From Ionaspis alba (taxonomy: Eukaryota): a stretch of 64,000 nt of DNA. Position numbers and translations under genes: made by a program. Positions 22,145 through 35,094 of this stretch are shown piece after piece. How positions within the stretch are numbered: position 1 is the stretch's first letter; the number at the start of each line of letters is the position of its first letter. The DNA lies in the NCBI GenBank assembly GCA_964255285.1, contig CAXUUL010000007.1, forward strand, positions 1 to 64,000, in the 5' to 3' direction. Under the pieces are notes generated by a model. It had not been told where the DNA came from and did no database searches. It was given only the letters and a program-made list of their open reading frames with translations.

Positions 22145-23574
22145 TCACCAGAATCCTTCTTCGCCTCTTTGAAACGCTCTCTTGAAATCGTCAGCTAAGT
22201 CAGTGTGAGTATGATTCTCTTTGAGGTAACCCTGCTGCGATACGCACCATAACGCATGGTATGACCGCACTCGCTCTCAGCACGCTTCTCCTGGGCTTCA
22301 GGTAGCCTACGTTTTGTTAGAGACTCCATGTTACAGTAAGAGTGCGAATTAAAAATTCACCATCCTCGGATCTTCTCTATCCTGTTATGGTTCTGCTTTC
22401 CGTTAGAATAATGTATATTGAATCCAAGATGCGTATCCATACCGAAGGATGTGTCGACAAAAATTGCGGGATAGCAACCTGCTGGCTTTGTTCCATCCGT
22501 TTCCACCTGCCACTGTTAGTCCGTTGTTCCAGTCCATCGGACAAGTCGATCATACAGTCCAATGGCAGCTTCAGGATTGTAGCAGGACTTCGACATCATC
22601 ACTATGGAAGGTGATAAGTGCATGCTACGATTTGAGCAGCTCGGAATGTCATGTACTTAGGCCTATAAAATCCGCCTCGGACTAGAGAAACTGTCAACAT
22701 TACTGTAACATAACCCGTCAGGTTCGAAGAAAGTGCTATACCTCTTGCTTCCTTGACCCTGGCCTCTGGAACGAGTAGTCTAGGATAGTATAGGTGAGAC
22801 CGCCAGACACATCAATCACGTAAGACGCAATATACGCTATAGGTATCAAGAGCGAAAGCCGACTATAGTTCTCGGCGGCATGGTGGGCCACGTTGTGGGC
22901 GATTTCGTGTCCCAGGACCGTAGCTAGCCCATCCTCTCCAGCACAAATTGGAAGGAGGCCACTGAAGACGAATACCTTTCCCCTGTACGTATAGTATTAG
23001 CCGTAGCTTTTAGCGACTGTCAGCTACTATGTAGAACTGACCCGGGTATCACGAAAGCATTCATCTGCTTCGGATCATCGATCACGTAGATCTCCCATGC
23101 TTGACCTTCCAAGCCACTGTTTGGTATCAATCTGTCCAACACCCTCTGCACCATTTTCGTATTGGGGTGCCAAGCTGGCAGAATCCTGCCCTGGAACTCT
23201 TGTCGGACTTGTTCAAATTGTGTTAAACCCAGCTTTTCCTCTCTCGCTGGCGAGACCCAATTGAACCGCCTACGGCCAGATACAGGCACGGTCTCCATGT
23301 TTACAGCCACAAAGCCGACGGCGCCAGTGCCTGCCGTCCCGACTCCATACCGAAAGCCACGGCTTGTCTGCCATAGATACTTTATGCTTTGGGCGCGACT
23401 GAATCGGTTGTACTGAGTTTGTCTTCGGTAACCTCCGGGATTGGGAAACCGTGACTGATAGCGTATCTGCGACACAGAAGACGTACTGATATGTGTGGAA
23501 GAAGAGATGTTGGGCCTGAAGCTTCGAAGCCGAATGAGAATGGAGCGGGAAGAATGGAAAGCCATGCTGGTCAT
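22145..23574 (-). CDS. OMA1: Mitochondrial metalloendopeptidase Oma1 (peptidase M48), multi-exon
   Basis: Mitochondrial presequence-like N-terminus; ETVPVSGRRRFN, NAFVIPGGKVFVFSGLL, LGHEIAHNVAHH (HExxH), EADFIGL, PQFLSTHPS. Confidence 0.9.
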
Positions 23575-24030
23575 TTCATCAGGGACGAGCCCTAAAACGC
23601 AAAGAGATCGAAGTTGAGTACCTGACTAGGTAATGACCAATCATCTCCCGCTGCAGTCCGCTGTAGCAATGATGTCTACAAGCTGTACTAGAAGACGTCG
23701 ATATGTCTGATGTTATGAATTGTGGACGGAATACACGTGATAATCCGGCACCACATGACAAAATAAACAACAAGGGCTGCCGTCGAAAACCACACACTGC
23801 AGATCTACGACCAATAGTCCCGAGTTGAACCTAACAAACAGGCAGGTCAAATGCATTACGTTGCATGAGATGTGGATGTCTGTCACGATCAGAAGTAAGA
23901 TATGTTGTTCTTGAAAGCCTAGGTAGCTATTCACACAGGATTTTCTAAGCAGTGAAATTGAGATATCTGAACGCCTTCCAATGCCAATTCTATGAGCCAG
24001 AGAAAGTGTACGCTAAGAGTAGCCCTTATT

Positions 24031-26046
24031 TTACATCTTGACGCCCTCAAACCCGTTGGTCAGGTCGCTTTGATCCTTGTATCCATTGACCAATGCCATG
24101 ACTTTTGACCCCTTCGCCCTTGCAATAATCTCATCCAAACATCCAGCACTGGCAGCGACGAATCCAAGATATGGCTTACTAGGCTCCAGCACCCGACTCA
24201 GATACTCAGGATGAAATTGCACCCCAACAAACCATGGATGATCTTTGAGTTCGAGAATTTCCATCCTCTCTCCCGTGTCGTCTTTCCCGACGAAAGAAAG
24301 CCCATGCGACTTCAGACGCTCGATATAGGCAGGATTAACTTCATAGCGGTGCCGATGACGTTCCAAAATTACCGGTGCATCACGAGATGCTGAAGGTGAG
24401 AGAGGAGCTGCGGTATCGCCATAGCTCAGTTTTGACGAGACGTCAGACGCTGATGTATGTGGAGAGGCATTTCGATAAAGCGCCCTCAATTTGCTCCATT
24501 CGCTTCCCTCCTGGAATAGTGTAGGTCGAAGTCCCAGACGCATGGTTCCTCCGAGGGTGGTACGGTCTATCTCCGGCATGAAGATCACCACCGGATCCTT
24601 GGTCCTCTCATCTAGCTCTATCGATGCTGCATTTGGTATGTCACATACGTTGCGCGCAAATTCAATGACAGCTATTTGCATACCTAGACAAATGCCTAGG
24701 TAAGGTGTCTTGTTTTTCCTTGCCCAATTTGCAGCTGCAACCATTCCTTCTGTCCCTCTTGAGCCGAAGCCACCGGGAACAAGGATACCTTGGGCAGTGC
24801 AAAGTTCGTGCCAAGCTTTATGGAATTCGGCTGGAGACGATAAATTTGTTGCCATCTCGAGATGTGAGGCATCGACCCAAACGAGATTGAGCTTCCTTGA
24901 GCATGCCATAGCGGCATGTTCCAACGACTTTATGACAGACAGATATGAATCATGAAGATTCGTGTATTTTCCAACAAGGACGATAGTGACAGACTGAAAA
25001 AGATGATCCTGAGAAGTGGTAAGGGATTTCCATGCGTTCCAAATGTTTGCGCCCTTGGAGGCTAGAACTGGAGGAATCGACACAAGATCGAGACGAAGAA
25101 TCTTCTTGACAAGTGATATCAAACCTTGCGTTTCTAGGAGAAGGGGTACATGATAGGTGGAGGACACATCGTGAACTGCGACGACCTGTTCTGATTCGAC
25201 TTGACAGAACATTGCGATTTTGTCCGTCGTCGATCGCTCGAGAGGATTTGAACAACGACAAGCAATCTTGACATCGTTAGTTTGATATTAATCTAGAAGG
25301 ATGTTCGACTCACCAGATCGGGATTGAGGCCCGCGCTACGAACGTCCCTTATAGCTTGCTGGGTCGGCTTGGTTTTCTGTTCGCCATTGATGACGGGAAT
25401 CAATGAGACGTGGATGTGCAGGAAGTTGTCCTTGCCAGCTGCCCTCCTTAATTGCCTCATGGACTCAATGAATGGAGCACTCTCGATGTCACCAACAGTG
25501 CCACCAAGCTCAATAATACAGACATCTGGCTCTTCTTTCGTGTCGTCCACTGGAATCCTAGCAACTCTTTGTATCCACTCTTGGGTGGCATTCGTGACGT
25601 GGGGCACCACTTGAACAGTTTTCCCAAGATAATCCCCTCTCCGTTCCTTCTCGATCACGTGCTGGTAAATCTTGCCTGTAGTAATATTGTTCTCTCGTGT
25701 AAGTGTAATATTGAGGTATCGTTCATAATTTCCCAAGTCCAAATCCACCTCTCCACCATCATCTAGGACAAAGACCTCCCCGTGCTCCGTTGGAGCCATT
25801 GTTCCGGCATCAACATTCATGTACGGGTCAACCTTGATCGAAGTGACCTTGAGACCCAGAGTCTTTAGCAGCAGGCCAGTAGATGAGGCTTTCAGATGTC
25901 AATGGAATGCATATTTGTTTGCCCCGCACTCGCATACCAATGATCCCTTTTCCGATGCCGCTGATGACTCCTGTGGAATCATTAGGCGCCATAATGAAGA
26001 ACGATGATCAGGTAAGCTCACCTCCCGACACCAGAACGTACTTCAT
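24031..26046 (-). CDS. URA7: CTP synthase, multi-exon
   Basis: [57 protein letters not shown]; GATase [24 protein letters not shown]. Confidence 0.96.
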
Positions 26047-26280
26047 GTTGGCGTCTTGACAATGAGTCGTTGCTGCTGGTGCCGTTCCTGGCCGATGCCA
26101 GGTGGAAAGACGACAACTCACGATTGGCTCCGAGGGTCAGGTTTGGTGAGATCTTTCACGCTAATGTTATCTTAGCGTGACGCGAAAGCGTACCGAGTCC
26201 TCGGCGGGACACGGAGATCGATCAACAACCACGGAGGGGCACAGAGGGCTTTCTCGCAGGGACAGATCACGTTGACTACG

Positions 26281-26664
26281 CTAAATGTTGGCCGACAGGA
26301 AGGAAGTTGCCAAAGCGACCGCACAGATAGTGTGTACGAGCGCATGGAGCCATGGCCCACCAAGCGATATCTGGCTATCTCCGTTGCGGATCCGGGAAAT
26401 GGCCCGCATCAGAGGTCCGATGTGGTAGAGTGCGAAGGCACCAGAGAGCTGTCGCGTTAACTGACCTTTTGGGTGCAGAAGAAGAAGAAGTGCTGCAACT
26501 ATGTTGGTGGATAGAAGTAGGAGAGCGTATTGCCTGATTACACCATGGGCGTACGGTTGTGGTCTGGCAAGCGTAGCGGAAGGTCGGAGAAAGAAATTGA
26601 GAGCGGCTGGCAGCTCGACAACGAGATGAAGTATAAAACCGAGCTCCGCTACTGAGATTGCCAT
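26281..26664 (-). CDS. Small multi-pass membrane protein of unknown function (about 127 aa)
   Basis: ORF from MAISVAELGFILHLVVELPAALNFF with about 4 hydrophobic segments and LALYH-like / GGPWLH motifs; divergent from the next gene. Confidence 0.6.
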   Translation of the reverse strand: MAISVAELGFILHLVVELPAALNFFLRPSATLARPQPYAHGVIRQYALLLLSTNIVAALLLLLHPKGQLTRQLSGAFALYHIGPLMRAISRIRNGDSQISLGGPWLHALVHTICAVALATSFLSANI

Positions 26665-26833
26665 GAGCTGTTCGAAATGCAGGAACAAGTGGTTTTCAAG
26701 CAAGCGCGGCAAGCTCATCGTCTTAAAGCTGCTTGTCTTATTCGATGTCTCGCTTAACTTGAATCCAGGGTCGATGACATAGTGAAATCTTTTTCTGCAC
26801 TCAGAACTCAACTCTCCAATCTACATCGCAAAC

Positions 26834-27788
26834 ATGGTTCTATTGACACCCCGCATACACTTTTACGAGATCAACGATCAATCATGGTATGTGCAGTCAC
26901 AATCACCAATGCCTACGCATAGGAAGATAACAAAGATTCAGGTTCCCGGCGTATTTCCGGTCCAAAGTCCAAGCTGGTCTCACTTTGCTCTGGACCATAC
27001 AAGTCCCATACCTCCAAAACGATTCTCCTGCCGCTCTTGTCGCAAGCGTGATACAGCGAGTTCTTGGCAATCGCGTCTCTGACTATACATATGTGGACTT
27101 CTGCGCTGGCGCTGGAGGGCCCACGCCCTACATCGAAAAGAATCTCAACCGTCGATTGGGGCCAATGGATTCAGATGGTCACACCGATGCTGTCAACGGC
27201 GATCACTCTGGCGTTGACTTCGTCCTCACCGACATAGCGCCCCACCTGGAAGCCTGGGGAGAGGTGGCCAAGAAGAGCGACAACTTGTATTTCATTCCTA
27301 CGTCGATAGACGCCACGAATGCACCACAGGATCTCCTCCAGTCCTTGTCGAGAGGCGATTCGACGGACAAGAAGGTGTTCCGCCTCTTCTTCCTCGCTTT
27401 CCACCATTTCGACGATCCCCTTGCCACTCAGATCATTCGCAACAGTCTTGCCACAAGCGACGGTTTCGGAATCTTCGAACTCCAGGCGCGAACCTTTTCA
27501 TCTTTTGTGACCATTAGCATGATGTGGCCGCTGCTTCTTCTCGTTACACCTTTCTACTTCTGGAGATCGCCCGGACATCTGTTCTTCACCTATGTGATAC
27601 CCGTCATACCATTCGTATTGGTCTTCGACGGCTATGTCTCCAGCTTGAGGACGAGGACGGCAGACGAAATCCTGAGAATGGTGGGAAAGGGCAAGGACGT
27701 GAAAGGATGGGAGTTCCGAAGCGGCAGCGAATGTCACACCTATCCGACGGGAGAGATGAGTTGGTTCGTCGGGACAAGGAAGAATTGA
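26834..27788 (+). CDS. Class I SAM-dependent methyltransferase-like protein, 2 exons (intron about 26887-26941)
   Basis: PRIHFYEINDQSW-FPAYFR; motif I-like VDFCAGAGGP, VLTDI, SIDATN, LAFHHFDD, FDGYVSSLRTR. Confidence 0.75.
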
Positions 27789-28819
27789 AGCCGAACCCGT
27801 ATTGTACCTTTGCGACGATAGACACACTACCTCCGAGCTGGCGGTGGGAACTTTCGAGCAGATGCGCCTCCAAGGAGAGGCTATGTGTTCCGCCTCTGCA
27901 GCAATCGTCCGTTGTGCTGTGCTTATCGCCTTAATTTCCGACGTTCCACAACAACTAGCTCTGTGCCGGAGCTCATATGTCTACTGTAAATGTTGCAAGC
28001 TATTCACCTGGACCGGTCCTGTTGAAACTTGTTTTCATTGCGCTTCGAGGTCAAAGCTCCACCAACCTTTTCCATCCACCGCCATCGTGTCCGTCTGCTC
28101 CAGACATGGAATAGGGCACCAATTAGGAGGCCAAATAGTCCTTACTCGTGCGTGATTGGAATACGTAGTCCCGTGGTTAGTGATCTCCATTTACTTGTAC
28201 ACACGAAACCTACCTGCTCCAAGAGCTGCTAAGGCTAATTGGCGCCTTAGCAATCGAAGCGACCAATCTCTGTAGATGCACCAAGGTAGATCCAAGGGTC
28301 GGAGGGATTAGACGCCTCCCACGATGTTACCCTGAAGAGTTGGTCTCTTCCAGACCCGAGTGCAACCAAGCGATATATCGGTCCGAGCTGGCTTCGGCGA
28401 ACCTAGCAGGGCAAGCCCTATGCCTTGTTTGGAGGTTGCAGAACGCTCGTGATTGGCTAGCGCTTGTGGTCCCAAGCCACAACCCACTAATTTTCAGCCT
28501 TGAGATTCTTGAGATTGTCTTGTCTTCCTTGGGCCGGAGCACATCTGCTGCCTGAATCTCTGGGATGTGGCATTCTGCATATTGGCCTCAGCTCTACCTC
28601 TGTACAGAATGACTGTGTCGAATCAGATGCATACTGCATGATCATCAAGGAAAGGATTTTCATTGCAACTAGTGAGGCTCGCTCCAGTGTGCCAATTATT
28701 ACTCTCGACTATCCTACACGAACTGTTGCTCTGTATATCTCTGCAGACAATTATCGTACACGCCAAACACTGGGACCTCCGGCTGTTCCGTCGTGCCTGC
28801 TTAACTTTGCCTCTGCTCG

Positions 28820-29662
28820 CTAGCGTTGGGTGGGCGTTGCGGGTGCCGGGCACTGCGGGGGAGCTGGCGTTGTGCCAGGACACAGACTGTCTGGCGAGGG
28901 ATTTCTGAAGTCCACCTGAAGTTGGATGAACAGGTTTAGGAAGTCCTGGTGAGTATTCAGCCATCAGTTGTCGTAGCTTCCACGCGCAGTCATTTGACAA
29001 CCTACCCCAGAGGTGTAGACCTTTTCTATAAGGTTCGTGCCAGGTCTGATATAAAGAAGGTCGATACCTTTGTATTTGACAGTCCTACCTGCTGGAGCGA
29101 GGGTTCCGGTACCGCTGCAATGGCAAAATCAGTACTCGTCTGAATGCGTGGTGTCAAAATTCCTCAGAGGCAGGCTCCGGGAAGAAGGAACGACATACCA
29201 TCGATTGCCAGAGGTCGTGCCGGTGAATTGCCATCTCCAAGCGATTTGATGGCAGTTATGGAACTCGGCGACACCGGAGAACATTCCGTCCTTGATTGAT
29301 TGCGGACCTGCTTGTCCGGCCCTCAAGTTGGCCACCAACATGTCGCGATTGGTAGACGAAGCCTCGGGAGCGCTATAGTTGCCAAAGTTGAAGGTCTCGT
29401 CGAAGAGGATAATGTCCGAGGTGGTGGTCGTATTGGCCAAATCGATCCCGGCTGCACCGCCATCAAACAGTCGTGGCCAGCGTGAGAGGATGGAGTCGAC
29501 GTCACGTTGCGAAAGACAGTTCTTTCGATGCTTATGACCGTCATCGCCGTCACCGTGTTGACCGTGGTGACCATCACGACAGCCGCGACTGCTTTGGTAA
29601 GGTGGTGCCCAAGCCAAGGCAGAGCTGAAGAGCAACATGCTAGAGAGAACAGAGATCTTCAT
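28820..29662 (-). CDS. Secreted protein, probable NTF2/SnoaL-like fold, 3 exons
   Basis: Signal peptide MKISVLSSMLLFSSALA; CLSQRDVDSIL..HNCHQIAWRW; spliced continuation VKYKGIDLLYI..IEKVYTSG-DFLNLFIQLQ; stop TAG at 28822-28820. Confidence 0.65.
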
Positions 29663-30789
29663 GGTTGATCAGTGCGGCATGTGAGATGAAATTGCTGGCA
29701 ATGTTGCAAAGGACGAGTGAGGGAGGATTATTCAGGCATGCTGATGCGGGAAAGTGCTCGACTTATATAGCTCTATGCTTTCCGCTGGGAAGATGAAGCC
29801 AGCCACGTTTCGTAACAACAATAACGTGGGCAGCTATCCATGGGAAGCATGATTTCGGTCCCGAAGTGATGAGATGATCTCGAATCAGCCAAAGATCTTG
29901 ATCCAGAATATCTAGTCTCAACTAAGGCAGCATAGGCGAACAGAGCCCAGAAGGGCGATGAGACAAGATAGGGTATCCCAGCCAGCTGTGCTGTGAAATG
30001 AAGCAGAGGAGGATTTGGAAAGAGAGACGATCAGACCAGGATTGGCGGAGCTCGCGATGGTGAACAGCAAATAAAAGGAGGGTTTGAAAGCCGCCATCGT
30101 GCGGTTGTGGTAAACTGTACCGGAAAGGTAGGATAGCTCACAGCTAGTACATGGTGACTATGCGAGCGAACCCGGTAGTAGCGAGTCGAGGATTCGTAGA
30201 AATGCCCATCGGAGGGCTGAACATTCAAGGTTTACGTTTTCCTTATAGGGTTAGCTGTCACTTCGGTAATTGCATGAGTCGAGTCAACGGGGAGACACCA
30301 AAGGAGGCGGTTAGCTGGTGCGTCGAAGCTTGCCCTCGTTGAAGATGACTAGCATCGAGCCGAGTGTGAGAATCTGCGGACTTTCGAAAGCAGCTTGGAG
30401 GAAGGCGGAAAGTCTAGCCCTAATTGGCACACGCCTTCTTTTCTTTGGCACGTGACTGAGCTGCACCTTGGGTGGAAAGGATGATGCCAGAAAGAACAGG
30501 GTCAGAGAGAGCACGCTTGTGATGGCTAGATCTAGATGTAGATATGGAGGCATGTCACCAGTAAGCTCAGACAACGTTTTCAAGCTCTGCATTGTTGTGC
30601 CCTACCGGAACCCAATCATGCGACAAGGATAGTAACGTGCAGACAACCTCAGCCCCCCTACCCGGATCCACGAAGTCGTTAGACTTCTCGCTATCCCTTC
30701 TCCAGCGCGACCTAGAAAATACTGTACGTATCCTACAGGAAAGCTTGCCCCCTGACGCCTGTCCCTGGTGCTCGTGCACCGAGCATCGA

Positions 30790-32265
30790 TCACGAAACCA
30801 TAGCAACCAAGATCTTCTCGTAATCGCCACTCGTCTCTCCCTTGATCCTTTGCACCAGATCCTTTTTGAACCTGGCTCGATAGGCCCCTTTGACCTGATT
30901 CATGTGGTCTCGGTTCCAGTGCATACCAACAACCCTTGCCACAAGCATCTCGTCCTTCGTTCCGGGTCCGGACATACAGTCTTCTAACAAGAGAGCGTCT
31001 CTCATAGCTTTGTCGGTGCCCGATCGTACCATACGAAGCAGCGCCTCACACATGTGCCCCGAAAACTCCGAGCTGATCACCTTCTCGAGCGGAAGACGGT
31101 ACTTAGCCTCGTAAGCATGCGCAATGGCCCGAATCTGGCCGTCACTCCGGTTGCTGAGAATGGAGCAGACGGTGAGCTGATCGGTACCCAATTTGGCTTC
31201 TGTGGCACGGTGAATCTCGGACACATCGGCTTCGATAGACTGGGGAATGACTGGTGCTGAGTCTTCCTGTCGAGTCGCAGCCAAGATCATGGAGAAGAGA
31301 CGCTCAGTCTTGGCCGACAGATCGCCCGCGACATCGGCCTCCAGCGAACGATGATACGTGGCCTGGTACGCCTGCTTGATGGCCTTGAGATCGGCGTTCG
31401 ATCGTGCGATGACCACGTCGTTGAGAAGACCTTCGTTCGTGCCGATTCCTTTGAGAGCTTTGTTCAAGAGGAAGACATCCTGCTGAAGAGGTCCACGAAG
31501 GATGGAGAGAAGGGCAAGTTCGAAGTAGGATGACGTTTCCGAGGCTATGTCCGATTCAAGGGAACGATGGTGGCGTTGTTGATACGTTGTCTTGAGGTGG
31601 GGGATCTGCGCCGCTGGGTAATGGCAAAGGGTACGGATTAGGGTAGCCTCATCAGTGCCGAAGCCTTTCATGGCCTTGCGGAGGGCGTCAGCGGCAAAAG
31701 TCGCGTCCGTTGGGGGAACAGTCATTGGACCGTAACCAGGACTAGGAGGTGTGGGTATGGTTGCTCCATACTGTTGCGGCGGAGCGCCGTATTGGCCTTG
31801 CGGCTGGCCATATGGTGGCTGCTGAGGAGGCGCACCATACGGCTGTTGCTGAGGAGGATCCTGTCCGTGTGGCTGTTGCGGATAGCCCTGGGGTTGTCCG
31901 TAACCACCTTGCTGGGGTGGGTAGCCTTGGGGAGGTAATGGGCCGGGAGGAGGTGCTCCATATCCTTGATTCTGGGGAGGCGGGTATCCATAACCGGGCT
32001 GTTGTGGAGGAGGAGCTCCATAGCCTTGTTGCTGAGGATAAGGTGAGTGTCCTTGGGGAGGATAATGACCTGAAGGAGGCTGCTGATAGCCTGGCTGGCC
32101 CTGTGGAGGGTATTGGCCTGGGGGCGGCTGCTGGTAGCCTGGTTGAGGCGAGTCTTTCAATGTATGTCAGCAGGCATGTAATCGATGGGAGTGTGGCACA
32201 ATCTCACGAGTTGGTGGAGGACCACCATATTGGGGGTACCCGCCATGTGGTGGTGGATAGGACAT
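30790..32265 (-). CDS. Annexin with long Pro/Gly/Tyr/Gln-rich N-terminus (A7/A11-like), exons 32265-32208 and 32153-30790
   Basis: Annexin repeats: ADALRKAMKGFGTDEATLI, ALKGIGTNE, KLGTDQ, MSGPGTKDE, IKGETSGDYEKIL. Confidence 0.95.
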
Positions 32266-32819
32266 GGTCGCAGGCTTCGCAAGCAGGTTCTATGATCGTG
32301 GTAAGATTGATTGAAGGCGTAGAGTGAAAGCAAGGTGTTCTGAGTCGCAGGAATGTAATGATGGCAGTTGCGATGCTGTGATATGGGAAGTACTCGAAGT
32401 TGCCGCAAACGCCCCACCAAAGCACTGCCACGCAGCCAAGGCTTCAGCTACTCGTCGAGTGTTCCCCGCCCTCAATCACAAGCCAAATCTCGTTCCTACA
32501 ACGCCGTTGTGAATGTTGCGGACTATAATTGGGGGGTTCAGCCACTGCTCGCCTGCATTCAGCAGAGATATTGACATCGCTGTCCCACTTGCCACTCTTG
32601 CCCTCGCTTCAGCCGATTCGAAGATCCATGACAGAGCAGCAAACCCAACCGGGTCCTCCTGATCCGTGGAAGAGTCTCTTTAGGACCACTGTCTCCAGTT
32701 CGTGAAGTTGTTGATTTTGGTGCCTTGGGCGCCACCACGGCGTCTCCTCAGTGGTCTGGAACCCCGTGTGACGCCTACTCTACCTTCTCAAGTAATGCTA
32801 TTCACCATTCGTGCACGTT

Positions 32820-34091
32820 TCATTTTAGAGCTCGCGAATAACTGGACAACGTCCAGATTGTCATTATTTGCTGATACTCCTTGTGGGAGCTATCTCGTCC
32901 GGCCCATTGCTTTGTCCAACGCCTAAACTTATTCCATTTGAGCCCCATGGCTCTGAAATGATCCCTCAGAAACATTTTTGGGGAAATCTCAGCTGCCCAT
33001 TTTATTTTACTAGTAATGCCCGTGAAATCAGGATCTTCATTCGGATCCAGCCCGTTCGCTGGGAATGCTCTACTAATTGGGCCATGAACATCGAGATTCA
33101 GATATACGTCAACGGAGTAAACACTTTCAATGAGTGTAGGCTGAGACAAGTGACTCGACTGCTCCTGAAGATTTTCGTCCCGTGTGTCACCGGTAATTGA
33201 CTGCCAGCGATGTCCCTCAAAGTCCTGCGTGTCTATGGAAGGCATCGACGTTGCCCTCGAATCTGGTCCCGGCAAAGCCACCCTGCTCTCGTTAGTACTC
33301 GTAGTCACGGTATTGGTGAGGGTTCTTAGTCCTATCTTAGCAGAGACTGATACCTCTGTCATATTAGGGTTCATATGTTGCTTATAATTCATTGAGTCAT
33401 CGGTCTCGTGAGAGAATGGCCTTAGACTCTTGGAAGAAGTAGAGGACAAGCCAGTATCTGCTCCTACACTCGAGGATGCCAAGGATTTTCGAAAGGTAGA
33501 TCCTCTACCCCGTCTGCCTGCCAATGATGGGCTTCGTTCTCGACCTAGCCAATGAAACAGGGAGACCCGGGTACCAGTCTTCTGTCTCCTGCCATTCCTT
33601 GACACGGTAGAGAAGCCCTCCCTCGGATCAAGTTGTGGGCGCTTTGGAAATGTCTTCGAAGAATCAGGATAGCGTGGATAAGCGGGCTCGGTTTCTTCAT
33701 CTTGTGGTCCTCTTTTAGCTCTAGGCTGCAAGTTGAGGGAGCGACGATGACAACATGCTCTCTGTTCCATTCTTCGACTCCCACAGCAGCGTCGACGAAC
33801 ACGAGCATCCCTTGTTCGTCGGGCCCTCTGCAGAAACGCGGGGCAGCCTCTTAAATGTGTCCGTGCTGGCAACATGGTACTCATCAAGTTGAGAAAGTCT
33901 CAATCTCTTCGTGGGCTACCATCTCCACTCCGAAGGTGTTCTAGAGAGTCTCTTATTAAGCCCGAAGTAGTGCGTGACTGGTAGACGTTTGGATCAGGTC
34001 GTCTGATCTTTGACCTCCTCGTTTGCCATCTGTGAACCGCAATCAATATCAAGACAATGAGAGCTACGGCAGATAAGACACCAAGAACCAC
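32820..34091 (-). other. Possible orphan single-pass membrane gene, reading frame interrupted (pseudogene or unresolved introns)
   Basis: Hydrophobic segment LGVLSAVALIVLILIAV followed by basic residues in ORF 33900-34091, then a 355-aa Ser/Arg-rich ORF 32820-33887 in another frame; no family recognised. Confidence 0.3.
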
Positions 34092-35094
34092 AACAGTATC
34101 GGCCGGACTACTCGATGCAGAGGTACTCGAAATTTGGTGATCCCGATTCTACGAGAGGATTCGTAGAAATGGGCTGAAAAACATTTTTGCGGCGAGCCAG
34201 CCATGAGTATGAATGCAGGACTGGGGGCATGAAGATAGTAGATAGTAGTGTCTCTGATACATTGTCTTTTCTGCATCTTCAGATGCTCTTGTCGGCTTCT
34301 GCAGACTTTATGATCATTTTCTTCAACATACAATTCACGTTTTCCGTTCAATCCGTAGATATTATCCGGAACCGATAGTTTCGTCAGAGGAGTCGACAGC
34401 TTTGATGGAGGTGACCTTTCCAGGCCACGGTTGAGAGTCGTGGTTCCCAGAAGCACGCTGAGTGCAATAATCCGCTTGATTGCCCATGTATGGTACTACC
34501 TCCCAGAGATCTAATGATTAAATAGCTAGGTCAATCCTAATACAAGTTAGGAAAGCAAACAAGCACACAAACAGCAACGGATACCCTGCAGTCCTTACAG
34601 AAAAGCATTTAGAAGCGAAGACGAAGCATACCAGAAACGCTTGTCCTATTACTCTCTCAAACCACGACCTCCAGTCACAGTCACACGAGACAATGAACCC
34701 TCGTCGTTGAACCGCATAGTTGACGGGTTTGTTGTCAATTGGTCAAAACCACCCGACCAACATTGGACGGCAAACTACTGACACCTGTCACACAGCATTG
34801 TGATTTCATCGCGGTGCCGGACGTCTGTGGGCAGCCGGCGCCTGACGCTGCGCTTGTGGATGAAAGGGCTGGAAACACGAAGAAAGTTAGCTCCACGTTC
34901 TGGATGCCTTAGGAACATTCTGCGTCTTCTCTCTGGTAGGTGTGTAAATGTAGAATTGATGTTTAATTCATATCTGATGCACGTTCAAAGCACTCCAGCA
35001 TACCAAGCACTCACTTGCTGGAAGCAAGGGCTGTGCAAGTCGTTGCAACAACAAAATCCGGCAAAGGGCCGATAACGGCTAATTCGTATGCGAT

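Noticed and set aside
31749..32327. 192-aa plus-strand ORF
   Set aside because: Antisense shadow of the repetitive annexin N-terminus
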